DNA from: an uncultured bacterium
GTDB taxonomy: Bacteria; Verrucomicrobiota; Verrucomicrobiia; Verrucomicrobiales; DEV007
Assembly (NCBI GenBank): GCA_963977015.1
Contig: CAXBMO010000005.1
Coordinates: 128,001 to 192,000 of the forward strand
Direction: 5' to 3'
DNA length: 64,000 nucleotides
In this document: positions 51,402 to 61,650 of the stretch, in pieces
How positions within the stretch are numbered: position 1 is the stretch's first letter
Layout: the number at the start of each line of letters is the position of its first letter
Program-made: the position numbers and the translations under genes
The notes under the pieces: model-generated
Told to the model about the DNA's origin: nothing
The model's input: the letters and a program-made list of their open reading frames with translations, nothing else
Database searches by the model: none

Positions 51402-52727
51402 TCAACGAAATCGCAACTCGCCATCCTCGTAGACATAGTCGATCGCCGAACCGAGTGCCTGAGAGACGGCATCGGCGGGTTCAATGAGGATTCTCCAATT
51501 CCGGCCCACGATGCGATTGCTGGCCACCGGCTGCGCATAAATCGTCGTGGAAAGCTCCGTCACGGTATTGATGGGATTCTCGTCGTCCACGAAAACGCAG
51601 TCTTCAAAGAGGCAACCTTCCGTAATCAGGAGGAAACTCTGAGGCACGGTGCAGCCGATAAACCGGCAGTTCTCAACCTTGCGCCAACGCGATAGAGCTT
51701 CTTTTCCCGCGTCTTCAAAAAAGGTGACGGATGGAAACTCAACGTCGAGGAACGTGCAGTTTCCCACCTGAATTCCAACCGGCGTGTGTTCGAGGCGCTT
51801 CATGAAGGTTTCGGCGAAAACGCAATCCTCGAACTTCCATTTCGACGAGTAAAACTTCGTGTACCAGCCGCCGGCCTTGTTCAACGTGCACCCATCAAAC
51901 AGACACGCGGTCGCCTCCCAGGTTCCTCCCAGATTGGCGAGGAGTTTCGCCGCGTGAAAGCGGGTTTCGGTGACGTTGAACGAACCGCGGTTCACAAACA
52001 CCTCCCCTTCCAATTCGGACGGCCCCCTCAACACCAGGTTGCCAAGACCATCGGGCCCTTTGATATCGCGATCTCCGACATGGGCTGGTGTCTCCAGAAC
52101 GTAGCGCCCCGGTTGCAACTGCATCTCTCCAGTCAGTCGCTCCGTGCGATGAAGCGGTGAATTGCGAATCTCTCGCAGCGCGACTTTGGGCGGAGGCGGA
52201 GGCGGAGCGATCGGCTTCGGGCCGTCCAGGCGAGTCGATGCCAGGCGTTTCATCTCCTCAGTCACGGCCATGGCTTTCTCCACTTCTCCCGCGTTACTGA
52301 GGGACGAACGCAACTCCGAGAGCCGAGCGACATATTGATTTCGAATCGGGATCATGAGGGGAACCTTTCCCGCTTCGATGGTTGCCTGAGCCGCCTTGAG
52401 TTTGGCCCGCGCCGCATCGATTCCCGGAAAAGCCGAGTCTCCGCTCTTGAATTCGGTTCGCGCCAACTCAGCTTCCTCTGCCGCGGCCTTTGCGTGATCA
52501 CTTTCGCCCCGGCTCTCGAAGTCGAGCTTCATCCGCTCAACCGCTGCCGCATACTGCTCAAAAAGTAGCTGCTCCTGATCGATGAGAGGTTCGACCACGA
52601 TTTCGAGCATGGCTTGATATTGCCCCCGCATCGTCTCCAGGGAAGGCAAAGGCGCTCCGGCGTTATCCTGCGCGACCAGGGATTTCGGCAGAAACAGAGC
52701 CCCGATCACCAACATTGACCACTTCAT
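51402..52727 (-). CDS. Exported hypothetical protein: coiled coil, Pro linker, right-handed beta-helix-like domain
   Basis: Signal peptide; repeated FxxCxF motifs (FEDCVF, NCTF, ENCRF). Confidence 0.72.
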   Translation of the reverse strand: MKWSMLVIGALFLPKSLVAQDNAGAPLPSLETMRGQYQAMLEIVVEPLIDQEQLLFEQYAAAVERMKLDFESRGESDHAKAAAEEAELARTEFKSGDSAFPGIDAARAKLKAAQATIEAGKVPLMIPIRNQYVARLSELRSSLSNAGEVEKAMAVTEEMKRLASTRLDGPKPIAPPPPPPKVALREIRNSPLHRTERLTGEMQLQPGRYVLETPAHVGDRDIKGPDGLGNLVLRGPSELEGEVFVNRGSFNVTETRFHAAKLLANLGGTWEATACLFDGCTLNKAGGWYTKFYSSKWKFEDCVFAETFMKRLEHTPVGIQVGNCTFLDVEFPSVTFFEDAGKEALSRWRKVENCRFIGCTVPQSFLLITEGCLFEDCVFVDDENPINTVTELSTTIYAQPVASNRIVGRNWRILIEPADAVSQALGSAIDYVYEDGELRFR

Positions 52728-52840
52728 GATCGTAAAGGACTAACGCAAGTCGAAGTTCAGGCCAAGGAAGAAATCCGATGGCGCGGGCTCGACATCTGCA
52801 TGAATCCCGGCCGGTTCCAGCTATGGTGCCATCGACCAGC

Positions 52841-53722
52841 ATGCAAACCATCTTCCACCATCGCTATACCTTGCGAAGCCGCGGCGCGCTCAATGCGAAA
52901 TCATCGCGGACGGAATTCGAAGGCGCGCTCATTCGAATTGGGGACGGTTTTGGCTGCCTCCATCCGTGGCCGGAACTGGGTGATCCCGCGTTGAACGACC
53001 TGTTGGCGGATTTGGCAAAAAATGCGTTTCACCCGTTGTGCCGGGGCGCCATTTCAAGCTGTGCGATGGACCTGGATGCCCTTCGCGAAGCGACCTTTCC
53101 ACGTTCCCACTATCTTTTGCCTCCGGGAGACAACGAAGTTCCGGCGGGTTTCGACACGGTGAAGCTCAAATGCTCGGGAAGCGAAGCTGACGTGGCTCGA
53201 TTGCGCGAGCTTCCCGGTTCCCTGAAACTGCGCATCGACCTGAACGAGTCGCTGCGGGTCGATGGGTTTCTGGCGTTTTGGCACAACCTGAGCGATCTCG
53301 CCGACCGAATCGAATTTGTGGAGGACCCAACGCCGTTCGACGAGGAAACCTGGGATTACCTGGGCCGGGGAACCGGATGCGCCTTGGCTTTGGACCGCAG
53401 CGACGCCTGCTCAGCCATTCCCCCGATTCGCGTCATCAAACCCGCCTTGCACAGCGCGAAAGTGGCCTCGCCGAACCAAAAACTGGTTTACACGAGTTAC
53501 ATGGATCACCCCGTCGGGCAATGGTATGCGGCACACTCGGCCATTGTCGGTCCTCGACCGGAAGATCGCCTGACCTGCGGCCTGGTAACGCATCACCTGT
53601 TTGACGATTCCGACCCGTTTATTGCCGCGATGGGACCGCCCGAGCCGATTCTGCGGATTCCACCCAACTTTCGAGATCTCCTCGATGAACTCCCATGGAA
53701 ACTGCTGAAAGCCAGCTCCTAG
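52841..53722 (+). CDS. menC: o-succinylbenzoate synthase (enolase superfamily)
   Basis: HPWPELGD, VKLK, LRIDLN, FVEDP, LALD, IKP; lies near menA and overlaps menE. Confidence 0.82.
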   Translation: MQTIFHHRYTLRSRGALNAKSSRTEFEGALIRIGDGFGCLHPWPELGDPALNDLLADLAKNAFHPLCRGAISSCAMDLDALREATFPRSHYLLPPGDNEVPAGFDTVKLKCSGSEADVARLRELPGSLKLRIDLNESLRVDGFLAFWHNLSDLADRIEFVEDPTPFDEETWDYLGRGTGCALALDRSDACSAIPPIRVIKPALHSAKVASPNQKLVYTSYMDHPVGQWYAAHSAIVGPRPEDRLTCGLVTHHLFDDSDPFIAAMGPPEPILRIPPNFRDLLDELPWKLLKASS

Positions 53723-54846
53723 ATTCCGGCTACTGGAACGACGCAAATCCCGATCTGCGGTTGAACCCCCTGGTTCCCTTCGATGATGCCGGGTTGGAAG
53801 CATTCCTCGCTTCGGCCGGGGAACTTCGGGGACAAGTCATCTTCGCCACCTCGGGAAGTTCGGGAGCGCCCAAACTCGTTTGCGTCTCCAAAACGGCATT
53901 GCTCGCCTCGGCCAAAGCCGTGAACTCCCATCTCCGGGTAACCGTGGATGATCGCTGGCTTTGCGCCCTCCCCACCTTTCATGTCGGCGGGTTTGGGATC
54001 TGGGCGCGCGCGTTCGCGATTGGCGCAGAGGCGATCCGCTACGAGAGAAGCTGGGACGCTCAGCGCTTTGTCCAGCTTTGTGAAACTTCCGAGATCAGTT
54101 TAACCTCATTGGTCGCCGTCCAGGTTTTCGACCTGGTAAAAGCCGGGCTCCGGTGTCCGGAACGACTTCGCGCGGTTGTGGTTGGCGGGAGCGCGCTTTC
54201 GGAAGAGTTGGGCTTGGCTGCGCAAAAACTGGGCTGGCCACTCCTTCAGAGTTTTGGAATGACGGAATCCAGCTCCCAGATTGCAACCCAGCCACTTGAA
54301 TCGGTCGAGTCGCCGCACAAGAACGCCGAATTGCCGATTTTGCCCTGTTGGGAAACGCGAGTGAATGCGGAAAGTCTCCTGGAAATTCGTGGCGCGCCGC
54401 TCTTCAGCGCCTATCTCGAATCTCGAAGCGGAACCTGGCAACTCGATTTTCCGTTCAGCGAAGATGGCTGGTTCACCACCAGGGATCGCGTCTTGCTTTC
54501 CGCCACAACCCTTACTCCGCTTGGACGAGGCGGCCGAACCGTCAAAATTCTTGGCGAGCTGGTCAATCTCGATCGCCTGGAACAACTGCTTTTTGAAGCC
54601 GGCGACCAATTTTCGGATCGGATAGCGCTGGAAACCAAGCCCGATCCGCGAATCGGGGAAAAGCTCGTTCTGGTGGTCGAGCCATCAGTCCCGGAATCCG
54701 AAGCGAGCCAAATCCGGAATTCCTTCGACCAATGTGTCGCTCCCTTCGAGAGAATTCAGGAAATCGCAAAAATCGAAGCGATTCCGCGCTCACCACTTGG
54801 GAAAATTCAGCGCCGCCGGCTACGGGAATTGCTCAGCGTGGTTTGA
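53695..54846 (+). CDS. menE: o-succinylbenzoate-CoA ligase
   Basis: TSGSSGAPK, LPTFHVGG, SFGMTE, WFTTRDR, IPRSPLGKIQR. Confidence 0.88.
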   Translation: METAESQLLDSGYWNDANPDLRLNPLVPFDDAGLEAFLASAGELRGQVIFATSGSSGAPKLVCVSKTALLASAKAVNSHLRVTVDDRWLCALPTFHVGGFGIWARAFAIGAEAIRYERSWDAQRFVQLCETSEISLTSLVAVQVFDLVKAGLRCPERLRAVVVGGSALSEELGLAAQKLGWPLLQSFGMTESSSQIATQPLESVESPHKNAELPILPCWETRVNAESLLEIRGAPLFSAYLESRSGTWQLDFPFSEDGWFTTRDRVLLSATTLTPLGRGGRTVKILGELVNLDRLEQLLFEAGDQFSDRIALETKPDPRIGEKLVLVVEPSVPESEASQIRNSFDQCVAPFERIQEIAKIEAIPRSPLGKIQRRRLRELLSVV

Positions 54847-55267
54847 AAATGTCCGCGACCGAAATGCTCAAACCGCTCAACGCGGGTTCGGCATCGCAAA
54901 GGTCGTCGCCCGTCAGTTCGAGAGTCTCCTGCACCGGGCGAAAAATCCGGACCCGCTCAAACGGAGCAAAGACTTCCCAGGCAACCTGAACACCGTTCTG
55001 GAAGTATTCGGTCACCTTGTCTTCCATCAGGTAAAAGCGATCCGTCGGCGAAGCCACATCGACAATCCACGTCGGAACAGGACTGCGGGTCTCTGAAGCA
55101 CGAATTTGATCCAGCGTGAAGTAGGAAAGCGTTGGCCGAAGCACCTTTTCCTCGGAATCGAGTGCGCAATCCGTTCCGGAAATCAAACGGTCGCCATTGG
55201 CAAAGGCTTCGGTTTCGCGGAATCGATCCAAGAGATTCAGAACAATCTTGCGGTCAGCTGCTTTCAT
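54833..55267 (-). CDS. Uma2 family endonuclease-like protein (short, degenerate)
   Basis: PTWIVDVASPTD...KVTEYFQNGVQVAW...LSGLSISVADIF. Confidence 0.78.
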   Translation of the reverse strand: MKAADRKIVLNLLDRFRETEAFANGDRLISGTDCALDSEEKVLRPTLSYFTLDQIRASETRSPVPTWIVDVASPTDRFYLMEDKVTEYFQNGVQVAWEVFAPFERVRIFRPVQETLELTGDDLCDAEPALSGLSISVADIFKPR

Positions 55268-55465
55268 ACGTGGGGTGGCGATTGTGGATCAGTTTTTCCG
55301 ATACGCCAAAATCTAAATGCCCTCCAGCGTATTCCAGCCACAAAGTCGGGTCCGGCAATTGGGTCCAAACCCAGCCAAAACGCGGAAACATAAGCGACAC
55401 CACTTTTTCCCATTGCCCGGCAAGCAAGCCGCCCTTAGAACAAATGATCGTTTAACTTCGTAATT

Positions 55466-56899
55466 ATGAGTCAAATAAACCCAGAATCTCCAAAAACGGA
55501 GGATAAATCCTCACGTCGCAATTTTATCAAGGGAGGCACCGTTGCCGCTGCTGGCGCGGCCGCAGCCAGCACGCTGCCCATCGAATCTTTCGCTCAAGTC
55601 GCTGGCAGCGACGAGATCAAAGTTGGCATCGTTGGTGTCGGTGGTCGTGGATCGGGTGCCGTTGCCCAAACCCTGAACGTGGATGGGTGCCGCCTGGTGG
55701 CTGCGGGAGACGTCTTTGAATCCCGCCTTCAGGGAACCATGAAGCAACGGGCTTCCGGCGGATTGAACCGGATTCGTGCCGCGCTTGAAAAGTCCGGAAA
55801 GAGTGATCGTTACGATGTTCCTTCCCAGAACGAATTTGTCGGTTTCGACTGCTTCGAGAAAGTCATCGACAAATGCGACATGGTCATTCTGACCACGCCT
55901 CCCGGATTTCGCCCTGAAATGTTTGAGGCGGCGATTCAGGCAGGAAAGCACGTGTTCATGGAGAAGCCGGTTTGTACGGATGCCAAAGGTTACAATCGGA
56001 CGATCGAAGCGGCCAAGCTCGCCGACGAGAAAGGACTCAAAGTCGTTGTCGGACTTCAGCGTCACTACCATGACTCCTACTTGGAAGCCTTCAAAAAGGT
56101 TCACGAGGACGGCATCATCGGCAATATCGTCTCTGCACAGTGTTACTGGAACGGTGGCCGCCCTTGGACGGTTCAGCGCGATCCGAACTGGAGCGAATTG
56201 GAGTTCCAGATGTACAACTGGTATCACTTTGCGTGGGTCTGCGGAGACCACATCGCCGAACAGCATGTTCACAACATCGACATCGTGAACTGGTTTGTCA
56301 GTGGTGACAGCGTCATGGGTGGAAACCCCATCAACGCCCAGGGAATGGGAAGCCGTTCCGGATGGGAAAGCCCGAAGTCCGGAGAGATTTTCGATCACCA
56401 CTACGTCGAGTTCCGCTACGACAACGGAGTGATCATGAACAGCCAGTGCCGCCAGATCAAAGGCACCTTCCGTCGCGTGGAAGAAGAGATTTCCGGTTCC
56501 GAGGGAATTCTCACCATGAGCCAGGGAAAAGCCGTCGCCAAAGACTACAAAGGCAACGAAATCTGGAAATGGGGCGCATCAGAGGGTGGTGACCGCCGCC
56601 GCGACGCCCCCAAGGCTGCGAACCCCTATCAAGTTGAGCACGACCGGTTGCATGCTGCGATTCGCGAGAACAAGCCGCTCAACAATGCCTACTACGGCGC
56701 GAAGAGCTCCTTCACGGCAACGCTGGGACGCTTGGCGACCTATACGGGACAAGTCGTCAAGTGGGACGAAGCCGTCGGAAGCAACTTTGAGCTGGTTCCA
56801 GACAAGATGACTTGGGATCACGAACCTCCGGTGAAGCCAAATGATGACTTGAGCTACAATCCAGCCATTCCGGGCCAGACGAAATTGCCTTGGGCATAA
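55466..56899 (+). CDS. Tat-exported Gfo/Idh/MocA family oxidoreductase
   Basis: SRRNFIK Tat motif, GIVGVGGRGSGA, KHVFMEKP, EQHVHNID. Confidence 0.94.
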   Translation: MSQINPESPKTEDKSSRRNFIKGGTVAAAGAAAASTLPIESFAQVAGSDEIKVGIVGVGGRGSGAVAQTLNVDGCRLVAAGDVFESRLQGTMKQRASGGLNRIRAALEKSGKSDRYDVPSQNEFVGFDCFEKVIDKCDMVILTTPPGFRPEMFEAAIQAGKHVFMEKPVCTDAKGYNRTIEAAKLADEKGLKVVVGLQRHYHDSYLEAFKKVHEDGIIGNIVSAQCYWNGGRPWTVQRDPNWSELEFQMYNWYHFAWVCGDHIAEQHVHNIDIVNWFVSGDSVMGGNPINAQGMGSRSGWESPKSGEIFDHHYVEFRYDNGVIMNSQCRQIKGTFRRVEEEISGSEGILTMSQGKAVAKDYKGNEIWKWGASEGGDRRRDAPKAANPYQVEHDRLHAAIRENKPLNNAYYGAKSSFTATLGRLATYTGQVVKWDEAVGSNFELVPDKMTWDHEPPVKPNDDLSYNPAIPGQTKLPWA

Positions 56900-56927
56900 C
56901 GAAATCGATACTTTTTACCGAAAACTC

Positions 56928-56970
56928 GATCCCAACCTGCGAAGAAGCGCAGGTTGGGATCTTTTTCTTT
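56928..56970 (+). terminator. Rho-independent terminator
   Basis: GATCCCAACCTGCG-AAGAAG-CGCAGGTTGGGATC-TTTTTCTTT. Confidence 0.9.
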
Positions 56971-57021
56971 TGACCGATCACGTTTTCGCGATCAGACAAT
57001 ACGGAAATTTTCCCCACGCTG

Positions 57022-57423
57022 ATGGAAACATCCCTTCAAGACCTCTTAGCTGCAATTAACGACGGACGAGTCCTCACCCCGGACGTGTTTGGAGCGATCG
57101 ACTGTGACGAAATCCTCGAATCACGTGAAAACGAGGGTGACTTCGACGATCGTTGGAACAAGTGCCTTTCTGCCGTCGAAAAAGAATGGGCCGAGGAAGA
57201 GCCGACTCAAGATGTGGAGCTGATGATCGATGAAATTCGGGAAATCAGCTTCGAAATCGCCAACCACGCGACGGAACAACACGATCTGGCATCGCACATC
57301 TCCGATGACTTCGACCTCTTTGCGAGAATCATCGTCCTGGAACGCTCTGACGCCTTCGCCGAAGCCCTGTGGGAAGCCTACGAGAATGGCGAGATCCCAA
57401 GCCCGGCTACCCTCAACGAGTGA
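57022..57423 (+). CDS. Small highly acidic hypothetical protein
   Basis: 133 aa, D/E-rich, helical; ISDDFDL...LWEAYENGEIP. Confidence 0.75.
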   Translation: METSLQDLLAAINDGRVLTPDVFGAIDCDEILESRENEGDFDDRWNKCLSAVEKEWAEEEPTQDVELMIDEIREISFEIANHATEQHDLASHISDDFDLFARIIVLERSDAFAEALWEAYENGEIPSPATLNE

Positions 57424-57549
57424 GACTAGGGCAAGAATGACCGGTTGAGTTCAACCCTTGCCTTCCGTGGATTGGAGTTGGCTGTGAACAGCCCCCCCCA
57501 AAGTACGTCCCCGCTCGAACTGCGTCCCGCTAGGCGATTTCCTTCTACG

Positions 57550-59445
57550 CTAGGCGACCTCTACGGCAGAGGGCGCGGGAAGATGTGGCGACACCTTCTC
57601 AACTGCTTTCTCCGGGGTAAGGCCGTGCTTCTTGCGAAGGATATCGACCTTTCCGTGCTCAATAAATTCGTCGGGCCAGCCAATCCGCTCGACCGGAGTT
57701 TTGATGCCCGCATCGTTGAGATGCTCGATCACGGCGCAACCGAATCCGTTGTGAAGGACGTGATCTTCAAACGTACAAATCACGGTGCACTGACGCGCAT
57801 ATTTCTCAATCGCCTGCGTATCCAGCGGCTTGATCCAACGCGGATTAATCAACGCAACCGAATAGCCGAGCGCTTCCAACTGATCGCGAGCCTCCTCGGC
57901 CATTTCGAACATGGATCCGAGCCCAAACAACGCGACATCGGTCCCATTCTGAACCACCTCCGCCTTCCCGATTTCCAGCAATTGAGGTTCGTCTTTTGGT
58001 TTTGCACCGACACCAGCCCCACGAGGATAGCGCACCGCACTGGGCCCATCGTCATACTGGGCCATGGTCCAGAGCATGTCTTTGAACTCATCTTCATCCT
58101 TCGGTGCCATGAAGACGAAATTGGGCACGTGGCGTAAATAACCGATATCAAAGAGTCCGTGGTGGGTTGGACCGTCATCGCCTGAAAGACCAGCCCGATC
58201 CATACAAAGGCGAACCGGAAGATTCTGGATGCCAATATCGTGAATCAGCATGTCGTAGGCACGCTGCATAAAGGTCGAGTAGATCGTGAGGAAAGGCTTC
58301 AGCCCCATGGTCGACTGCCCCGCCGCAAACAACGCCGCGTGTTCCTCCGCGATCCCAACGTCATAGTAGCGCTCAGGAATCTCATCCTTGAACGTCGTCA
58401 GTCCGGTCCCATTGGGCATGGCGCCCGTAATCGCGGTAATCAGCTCGTCCTTTTTCGCGAAATCGGTCACGGATCTCGCGAAGACCTGGGAAAATGTAGG
58501 CGTGCCCGTCGAAGGAGTTTCCCCCGTCTCGGTTTTGTAGGGCCCCAACCCATGAAACTTCATCGGATTGTCGAGCGCAGGATCATATCCCCGCCCTTTT
58601 TCCGTGATGATATGCAGGATGACCGGATGCTCTTCTTCCTTGAGATGTTCGAACGTGCGAACCAGAAGCGGCAAGTCGTGACCATCCAACGGCCCATAAT
58701 AACGGATGCCGAATTCCTCGAACATCACGCTCCGCATCACCTCATTGTGCGATGTCGGGTCGAGCAACACGTTCTTCGCGCTGGACTCCACCTTGGAGGC
58801 GAGCTTCCGCACTCCACGTCCCGCGATTCGCTCAACGAATTGGGCGGCCCGGTCATGAAGATGCGTGTAGGTGTTGCTGGTTTGCAACGCGTTAAAATAC
58901 TTGGCAATGGCACCGACGTTTCGATCGATCGACCACTCGTTGTCGTTCAGCACCACGATGAACTTTTTCGTCGTTTCAGCGATGTTGTTGAGAGCCTCAA
59001 AGCTTGGCCCACAGGTAAACGCCGCATCTCCGGCCACCGCGACCACGTGCTCGTCGGTTCCTTTGACGTCCCGGGCAGCCGCCATCCCCAACGCCGCACT
59101 CAAGGCGGTCCCCGCGTGGCCCGCGCCGTAACAATCGTGAGGACTCTCTGAACGCAAACAAAAGCCGTTCAGTCCTTCATACTGCCGAATGGTTTCGATA
59201 CGATCCCAACGCCCGGTCAGCATTTTGTGGACGTAGGATTGATGGCTGACGTCAAAGACGAATTTGTCCTTCGGAGTCTCAAAAACGCGGTGAAGCGCGA
59301 GGCTGAGTTCCACCACTCCCAGGTTCGGGCCGAGGTGGCCGCCGGTTTTGGAGAGGCAATTAATCAGGGTACGCCGAATTTCTTCAGCCAACTTGAGCAT
59401 TTCGTCCTCACTGAGTTTCTTGAGGTCTGCCGCTTTATCGATCAT
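57550..59445 (-). CDS. dxs: 1-deoxy-D-xylulose-5-phosphate synthase
   Basis: GGHLGPNLGVVEL, FDVSHQSYVHK, GHAGT, GPLDGHD, DVGIAEEHA, YSTFMQRAYD, DRAG...DGPTHHG. Confidence 0.98.
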   Translation of the reverse strand: MIDKAADLKKLSEDEMLKLAEEIRRTLINCLSKTGGHLGPNLGVVELSLALHRVFETPKDKFVFDVSHQSYVHKMLTGRWDRIETIRQYEGLNGFCLRSESPHDCYGAGHAGTALSAALGMAAARDVKGTDEHVVAVAGDAAFTCGPSFEALNNIAETTKKFIVVLNDNEWSIDRNVGAIAKYFNALQTSNTYTHLHDRAAQFVERIAGRGVRKLASKVESSAKNVLLDPTSHNEVMRSVMFEEFGIRYYGPLDGHDLPLLVRTFEHLKEEEHPVILHIITEKGRGYDPALDNPMKFHGLGPYKTETGETPSTGTPTFSQVFARSVTDFAKKDELITAITGAMPNGTGLTTFKDEIPERYYDVGIAEEHAALFAAGQSTMGLKPFLTIYSTFMQRAYDMLIHDIGIQNLPVRLCMDRAGLSGDDGPTHHGLFDIGYLRHVPNFVFMAPKDEDEFKDMLWTMAQYDDGPSAVRYPRGAGVGAKPKDEPQLLEIGKAEVVQNGTDVALFGLGSMFEMAEEARDQLEALGYSVALINPRWIKPLDTQAIEKYARQCTVICTFEDHVLHNGFGCAVIEHLNDAGIKTPVERIGWPDEFIEHGKVDILRKKHGLTPEKAVEKVSPHLPAPSAVEVA

Positions 59446-59459
59446 CTGGAAAGGAGTAT

Positions 59460-59831
59460 TCAGAAGAGTGAAATCTCGTCATCGGATGGGTCCGACTCTT
59501 CTGGCTTATCAGTTTTCTGGTTCTTGGGCGAGGCCGTTTTCTTCTGCACTTCCGGAGCCGCTTTGGCGGCCTCTGCGGGATCAAACGGCTGCAAGGTGGT
59601 TTCGGATTTCCCCGAAGCGATCATTTCGATCCGTTGTTCGGCTTCCTGAATGCGCTTCTGGCAGGTCTTCAAAAGGCGGTTCCCGCGTTCATAGCGATCC
59701 ACCAATTGGTCCAAAGGCATGCGCTCAGATTCCATATCCTTCACAATCGCCTCCAATTCGGCGATGGCTTGTTCAAAAGGAAGTGGAGTTTCTGCTGCCG
59801 GTTTCGGCTGTTTATTGGCCTGTTTCGGCAT
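59460..59831 (-). CDS. xseB: Exodeoxyribonuclease VII small subunit
   Basis: FEQAIAELEAIVKDMES...LDQLVDRYERG..LLKTCQKRIQEAEQRI. Confidence 0.93.
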   Translation of the reverse strand: MPKQANKQPKPAAETPLPFEQAIAELEAIVKDMESERMPLDQLVDRYERGNRLLKTCQKRIQEAEQRIEMIASGKSETTLQPFDPAEAAKAAPEVQKKTASPKNQKTDKPEESDPSDDEISLF

Positions 59832-59961
59832 ATTTCAAAGCTTGAAGGAACGTTCCAAAACGAAGACTACTCGAATCGCGGAGCCAAAATTTCAAGCCTT
59901 TTGGGGGTATTTGTGAGGACAACCGAACTCAAATCTGGCGGCGTCAGGCTCAAAAGTTGCC

Positions 59962-61527
59962 TCACTTCTTTTTGCGAGGCCGTTTGGGGTCCAGATTCAG
60001 CCCCATCAACTCATCGGAAGGAGTCGGCGTTTCCACCCCACTTTCAGGGACTTCCACACCGGCAATCCATGCGATGGCGTTCAAGACCGTCTTCCGATGA
60101 TTGTCGTTTTGCCAGTTGGCGTGGTAGTGACCGCCCGTGAACCCAAATCCGCGGCCGCCATCTTCGCGCTCGTAAACCCAGCAGACATGTTGCGGCAATT
60201 TATCCGCCACCATTTTCCGAACCTCGGGATTCCCGGAATGATGACCGTCTTTGCGGCTCATGGTCGCCTCCGGCGGAACCGCGCTCAAGATGGGAGTGAC
60301 GCCCGCGTCCGCGAACCTCATGTTGAAATACCACTCATCATTGATCGTGAACGGCTCCACCCCATTGGCGACCGGATGATCCGGCAGATCCTGAAATTCG
60401 GCATCCCAGTGGGGGTTGACCGAGTAGTTGACCTCGAACGCTCCGCCAATCCAGGAAATGAGATCCTGATTCGATTCATCGGGCAGCATTTCGACCGCAT
60501 AGTGAATGCACCCCAGGCCAATCCCCTTGTCGCGAAGCGCATTGAGCTGGCGACGATGCCACCACCCGATGTGACGGCTTCCTCCATCAGAATACATGAT
60601 CAACGCATCCGCGTTTTGCACCGCGCTGGTGTCTGAAGGCCAGCCATTGGTGTAAACCGTTGCATGAATCTTGTCGCCAAAATGCTCATTCAGGAGTTTC
60701 CCCAACAGTTTGCAGCCGGCATTGTGCTCGTGATCCCCCGGAGCGTGACTCGGTAATCCCGCGAACAACACGACCTTCTTCTTCCCCTCCAACGGAAGTC
60801 GCTTCAACTGGATATCGCGGAACTGGACCTTCATCGGCGCCCCGACATGAAGCTGAAAGGCGAGAATGCCGCTTGGGCGAGCTTCAGGCCGGTTATCGAA
60901 CACCTCGCTCATCAACGTTCCATTGATAAACTGCTGAAGGCGATTGCCTTTTGCGACGATCCGAAAGCTGTTCCAGTCGTTCTCCTTAATCCCTGCCTGG
61001 AGTTCCGTGGGATCGCCCAGAGTTTCCACCTCACGAGCCTTTTCCGCTCCGAGCGTCGCTTTTTCGCCGCGTTTTGCGAGGATCCCGCCAAATCCCTCAC
61101 CGTAATTCGTTCCCGCCCAGCCTCGAGCCGCATCCAAGTCCGCCTGGTATCCGCCAACACTGAAGGTCTTCGGATTCCCTTCCTTATCGTTCCCCTTTTG
61201 GAGAAAACTCCGATACTGAATTCCGGAATTCCCGGACTCAATTCGGTATTCGAGCTTCAGCTCAAAATCATCCAATTCGCCATCGCCCCAGATGAGAAAC
61301 TTATTGTAGGTCAGCGGATTGGCTTCAGAAGTTTGGCCCGTAATCGCACCATCTTCCACGCTCCAGAGGTGTTTGTCGCCCTCCCAGCCGGTCAGATCTT
61401 TGCCGTTAAAGAGGGAGACGAATTCTCCCGAGGTATCAGCAACTGGAACTCCTTCGGGGCGTTCGTCTTGTGCGGCGCACAACGAGATGGAGGCGAAAAG
61501 GGTTAGGAGGAACAAATGAGGTTTCAT
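59962..61527 (-). CDS. Exported DUF1080 (3-keto-disaccharide hydrolase-like) plus ThuA-like domain protein
   Basis: SLFNGKDLTGWEG, NSGIQYRS, GYQAD, LQLH, FRDI; then SHAPGDHEHNAG, DEWY, GFTGGHYH. Confidence 0.9.
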   Translation of the reverse strand: MKPHLFLLTLFASISLCAAQDERPEGVPVADTSGEFVSLFNGKDLTGWEGDKHLWSVEDGAITGQTSEANPLTYNKFLIWGDGELDDFELKLEYRIESGNSGIQYRSFLQKGNDKEGNPKTFSVGGYQADLDAARGWAGTNYGEGFGGILAKRGEKATLGAEKAREVETLGDPTELQAGIKENDWNSFRIVAKGNRLQQFINGTLMSEVFDNRPEARPSGILAFQLHVGAPMKVQFRDIQLKRLPLEGKKKVVLFAGLPSHAPGDHEHNAGCKLLGKLLNEHFGDKIHATVYTNGWPSDTSAVQNADALIMYSDGGSRHIGWWHRRQLNALRDKGIGLGCIHYAVEMLPDESNQDLISWIGGAFEVNYSVNPHWDAEFQDLPDHPVANGVEPFTINDEWYFNMRFADAGVTPILSAVPPEATMSRKDGHHSGNPEVRKMVADKLPQHVCWVYEREDGGRGFGFTGGHYHANWQNDNHRKTVLNAIAWIAGVEVPESGVETPTPSDELMGLNLDPKRPRKKK

Positions 61528-61650
61528 TCCTGCCATGTTAGACAGATCCTCAGGCCTTGCACCCGCTTTTCCACGAGATTGGCTTTTTCCCAATTCTTCC
61601 GCGATTTCACGGAGACGATTCGGCCGTTCCGATTCCGATTCACGCGCTTT

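Noticed and set aside
57424-57549. 6S RNA or other ncRNA downstream of dxs
   Set aside because: The gap is only about 125 bp, with one short hairpin (GGCTG-TGAA-CAGCC) and no long rod structure.
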